Shown here one piece after another: positions 57,193 to 64,000 of a stretch of DNA of 64,000 nt (position 1 is its first letter; each line of letters opens with the position of its first letter). A program made the translations under genes and the position numbers. The DNA is from the human T2T-CHM13v2.0 reference genome, Homo sapiens: the NCBI RefSeq assembly GCF_009914755.1, contig NC_060948.1. One strand, given 5' to 3'. Under the pieces are notes generated by a model. That model ran no database searches, was not told where the DNA came from, and saw only the letters and a program-made list of their open reading frames with translations.

Positions 57193-59297
57193 AGATCCAT
57201 ATTTTTTAAATGAAAAAAAATTTCAAAGGTACTCTGCTTGGTACAATAATCAAATGTATAAACTGAGGAATAAAACATAACCATGAAACCTACTTATAAC
57301 TGCATATGGAAAATACAGAGGATAATTTTTTAAATAACATATTTTGAAAGCCTTAACTAGTAATTTGAAGAGTTGGCATTTGAAAGGCCAGTATGAATAT
57401 ACCTTCAAAGCAGCAACACAGGTTCCCCATGAGAAAAAGCAAACACAGGGAAAATAAAAACACAAAGGTTCAATCTCTTCTGACCTTTGAAAGACACAGC
57501 ACAGACAGTGGTCCTTAGGACGAAGAGCAGGAGACCCCTAATTCCGTCACCATGGCGATAGGGCATAAACATTGCTGGGTGAGGGCACAATCCACATTGT
57601 GAGGTCCAACTGCTGCCAGGAAGACAGGAGTGCTTTTACATAGACCGAAAGGTCATTGAAGGCTCAGAGTTTTGTTTCAAGAACTGAATCCCAAGCCCAC
57701 ACGTTATTAGGCTGCGCTTCTTAAAACAACTTATGAGATGGTAAAAAGGGCACCCACAAACATACGTATACATTATGTATATAATAATATACAGTATCAT
57801 ATATATAATATATATAACCTATGTATAATATTGTTTTACATCCTGCATCTTATGTTCTATATATTGTATAAAATATAATAATTGATAATATATAAGTTTT
57901 ATAATTATACAATATGACATATAGTATATATTATAATTTATGACATATATAATATATGTTATATGTCATATATAGAATATATTATACGGTTAATATACGT
58001 ATTAAATATAAATTATACATTATATATATTATATATAATATATCTGTTATATATAATACCCATTATGCATAATATATATATTATGTCTACGTTATATATA
58101 GTATAAAACAACATATAATAATATATAATTGTATATATAAAATGCGACATATAATATATATTATATTTTATAACATATGTAATATATATTATATATTATA
58201 TATAATACGTTGTATGTATAATACCTATATTAAATATATATTATATGACTATGTTATTAATTACATGTCACATGTGTTATATATTATATATTTTACATAG
58301 AATATACCGGTTACATACAATATATACTATGTTACCTATAATGTATAATTTATTACATGTAAAATAAAGAATGCAATATATTATGTATAATTTATAATAT
58401 ACCATATGTGGAATGTGATATATATAACATATAATATATGATATATGATATACAGTATATGATATATAACATACAATATATGATTCCTAATATATATGGT
58501 ATACAATATATATTTTATGATATGTATTCTATATGTTTTATATTCTGTTATATATAACTAGTTGAAATTATATATAACTGTATAATATTTTAGGTAAATA
58601 TGTAATATAATATATATAACTATATAATATATTATATATAACTATATATTATGTTATATATACTTTTATAACATAATTTACATAAAATATCATAACGTAA
58701 TATATATTATATTATTTCATATTACATAATATATATTACATATCACCCAATATAACTAACATACATAATATTATAATATAGATAATATTGTGTTATATTA
58801 AGTATCATATATATCATGTATCATATATTCTATAATATATATTACACATTATATAATATGTATGTTGTCTATTATGTGATATATATAACTCTATATATAA
58901 TTATATTTTTATACATATAACTAGATAAACATGTAATTCTACATATTTTCATTTATAATATGTAGAATTATATAATCATATATAATTATTTATATTCTAT
59001 AAAAAATTTTATCATTATATAAATTATAATATATAAAAATTATAATATGTACTACAAATATATATATTATATATCATATATGATATAGTACCTTTGTTAT
59101 ATATCATAATACATATAAATGTGTATTATGTTATCTATAATTCTATAATTTCATATATAAGATGTATAATATGTATCATATATTATATATGTTATGTAAT
59201 ATATATAGTATATATAAGATGACACAGGATAAATATTATATACTATGACATATAAAATATATGAGGTTATATGTTACATATAAGGCATAGCACATAA

Positions 59298-59612
<315 letters not shown>

Positions 59613-61717
59613 AGATCCATATTTTTTAAATGAAAAAAAATTTCAAAGGTACTCTGCTTGGTACAATAATCAAATGTATAAACTGAGGAATAAAACATAA
59701 CCATGAAACCTACTTATAACTGCATATGGAAAATACAGAGGATAATTTTTTAAATAACATATTTTGAAAGCCTTAACTAGTAATTTGAAGAGTTGGCATT
59801 TGAAAGGCCAGTATGAATATACCTTCAAAGCAGCAACACAGGTTCCCCATGAGAAAAAGCAAACACAGGGAAAATAAAAACACAAAGGTTCAATCTCTTC
59901 TGACCTTTGAAAGACACAGCACAGACAGTGGTCCTTAGGACGAAGAGCAGGAGACCCCTAATTCCGTCACCATGGCGATAGGGCATAAACATTGCTGGGT
60001 GAGGGCACAATCCACATTGTGAGGTCCAACTGCTGCCAGGAAGACAGTAGTGCTTTTACATAGACCGAAAGGTCATTGAAGGCTTAGAGTTTTGTTTCAA
60101 GAACTGAATCCAAAGCCCACAAGTTATTAGGCTGCGCTTCTTAAAACAAGTTATGAGATGGGAGAAAGGGCACCCACAAACATACGTATACATTATGTAT
60201 ATAATAATATACAGTATCATTTATATAATATATATAACCTATGTATAATATTGTTTTACATCCTGCATCTTATGTTATATATATTGTATAAAATATAATA
60301 ATTGATAATATATAAGTTTTATATTTATACAATATGACATATAGTATATATTATAATTTATGACATATATAATATATGTTATATATCATATATAGAATAT
60401 ATTATACGGTTAATATACGTATTAAATATAAATTATACATTATATATATTATATATAATATATCTGTTATATATAATACCCATCATGCATAATATATATA
60501 TTATGTCTATGTTATATATAGTATAAAACAACATATAATAATATATAATTGTATATATAAAATGCGACATATAATATATATTATATTTTATAACATATGT
60601 AATATATATTATATATTATATATAATACGTTGTATGTATAATACCTATATTAAATATATATTATATGACTATGTTATTAATTACATGTCACATGTGTTAT
60701 ATATTATATATTTTACATAGAATATACCGGTTACATACAATATATACTATGTTACCTATAATGTATAATTTATTACATGTAAAATAAAGAATGCAATATA
60801 TTATGTATAATTTATAATATACCATATGTGGAATGTGATATATATAACATATAATATATGATATATGATATACAGTATATGATATATAACATACAATATA
60901 TGATTCCTAATATATATGGTATACAATATATATTTTATGATATGTATTCTATATGTTTTATATTCTGTTATATATAACTAGTTGAAATTATATATAACTG
61001 TATAATATTTTAGGTAAATATGTAATATAATATATATAACTATATAATATATTATATATAACTATATATTATGTTATATATACTTTTATAACATAATTTA
61101 CATAAAATATCATAATATAATATATATTATATTATTTCATATTACATAATATATATTACATATCACCCAATATAACTAACATACATAATATTATAATATA
61201 GATTATATTATGTTATATTAAATATCATATATATCATGTATCATATATTCTATAATATATATTACACATTATATAATATGTATGTTGCCTATTATGTGAT
61301 ATATATAACTATATATATAATTATATTTTTATACATATAACTAGATAAACATGTAATTCTACATATTTTCATTTATAATATGTAGAATTATATAGTCATA
61401 TATAATTATTTATATTCTATAAAAAATTTTATCATTATATAAATTATAATATATAAAAATTATAATATGTACTAGAAATATATATATTATATATCATATA
61501 TGCTATAGTACCTTTGTTATATATCATAATACATATAAATGTGTATTATGTTATCTATAATTATATAATTTCATATATAACTTGTATAATATGTATCATA
61601 TATTATATATGTTATGTAATATATATAGTATATATAAGATGACACAGGATAAATATTATATACTATGACATATAAAATATATGAGGTTATATGTTACATA
61701 TAAGGCATAGCACATAA

Positions 61718-62032
<315 letters not shown>

Positions 62033-64000
62033 AGATCCATATTTTTTAAATGAAAAAAAATTTCAAAGGTACTCTGCTTGGTACAATAATCAAATGTATA
62101 AACTGAGGAATAAAACATAACCATGAAACCTACTTATAACTGCATATGGAAAATACAGAGGATAATTTTTTAAATAACATATTTTGAAAGCCTTAACTAG
62201 TAATTTGAAGAGCTGGCATTTGAAAGGCCTGTATGAATATACCTTCAAAGCAGCAACACAGGTTCCCCATGAGAAAAAGCAAACACAGGGAAAATAAAAA
62301 CACAAAGGTTCAATCTCTTCTGACCTTTGAAAGACACAGCACAGACAGTGGTCCTTAGGACGAAGAGCAGGAGACCCCTAATTCCGTCACCATGGCGATA
62401 GGGCATAAACATTGCTGGGTGAGGGCACAATCCACATTGTGAGGTCCAACTGCTGCCAGGAAGACAGGAGTGCTTTTACATAGACCGAAAGGTCATTGAA
62501 GGCTCAGAGTTTTGTTTCAAGAACCGAATCCCAAGCCCACACGTTATTAGGCTGCGCTTCTTAAAACAAGTTATGAGATGGGAAAAAGGGCACCCACAAA
62601 CATACGTATACATTATGTATATAATAATATACAGTATCATATATATAATATATATAACCTATGTATAATATTGTTTTACATCCTGCATCTTATGTTATAT
62701 ATATTGTATAAAATATAATAATTGATAATATATAAGTTTTATAATTATACAATATGACATATAGTATATATTATAATTTATGACATATATAATATATGTT
62801 ATATATCATATATAGAATATATTATACGGTTAATATACGTATTAAATATAAATTATACATTATATATATTATATATAATATATCTGTTATATATAATACC
62901 CATTATGCATAATATATATATTATGTCTATGTTATATATAGTATAAAACAACATATAATAATATATAATTGTATATATAAAATGCGACATATAATATATA
63001 TTATATTTTATAACATATGTAATATATATTATATATTATATATAATACGTTGTATGTATAATACCTATATTAAATATATATTATATGACTATGTTATTAA
63101 TTACATGTCACATGTGTTATATATTATATATTTTACATAGAATATACCGGTTACATACAATATATACTATGTTACCTATAATGTATAATTTATTACATGT
63201 AAAATAAAGAATGCAATATATTATGTATAATTTATAATATACAATATGTGGAATGTGATATATATAACATATAATATATGATATATGATATACAGTATAT
63301 GATATATAACATACAATATATGATTCCTAATATATATGGTATACAATACATATTTTATGATATGTATTCTATATGTTTTATATTCTGTTATATATAACTA
63401 TTTGAAATTATATATAACTGTATAATATTTTATGTAAATATGTAATATAATATATATAACTATATAATATATTATATATAACTATATATTATGTTATATA
63501 TACTTTTATAACATAATTTACATAAAATATCATAATATAATATATATTATATTATTTCATATTACATAATATATATTTCATATCACCCAATATAACTAAC
63601 ATACATAATATTATAATATAGATTATATTATCTTATATTAAATATCATATATATCATGTATCATATATTCTATAATATATATTACACATTATATAATATG
63701 TATGTTGTCTAATATGTGATATATATAACAATATATATAATTATATTTTTATACATATAACTAGATAAACATGTAATTCTACATATTTTCATTTATAATA
63801 TGTAGAAGTATATAATCATATATAATTATTTATATTCTATAAAAAATTTTATCATTATATAAATTATAATATATAAAAATTATAATATGTACTACAAATA
63901 TATATATTATATATCATATATGATATAGTACCTTTGTTATATATCATAATACATATAAATGTGTATTATGTTATCTATAATTCTATAATTTCATATATAA

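Overview
The whole window is one uninterrupted head-to-tail satellite array of about 26.5 copies of a ~2,420-bp composite unit (observed spacings 2,415-2,420 bp), all in the same orientation. Each unit has ~1.55 kb of degenerate AT-rich simple sequence, a diverged near-full-length Alu on the minus strand (~290 bp, with a 16-bp internal duplication) and a ~570-bp moderately GC-rich HSATI-like segment. This architecture, and a predicted 2,145-bp HaeIII fragment, match human DYZ2/HSat1B. That repeat is most abundant in Yq12 heterochromatin, with smaller arrays on acrocentric short arms; the exact locus cannot be proven from this window. I see no credible protein-coding gene, RNA gene, DYZ1 (GGAAT)n block or inversion, and no evidence for a new gene system. 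The information lies in unit-specific variants, which I compared by eye (units U1-U26, numbered by their Alu). They show nested duplications at offsets of 24,194 bp (10 units), 9,676 bp (4 units), 7,258 bp (3 units) and 4,840 bp (2 units). They also show a subtype boundary near 8.6-9.5 kb, candidate gene-conversion events, and breakpoint windows that overlap near the AT-rich/Alu-tail junction.
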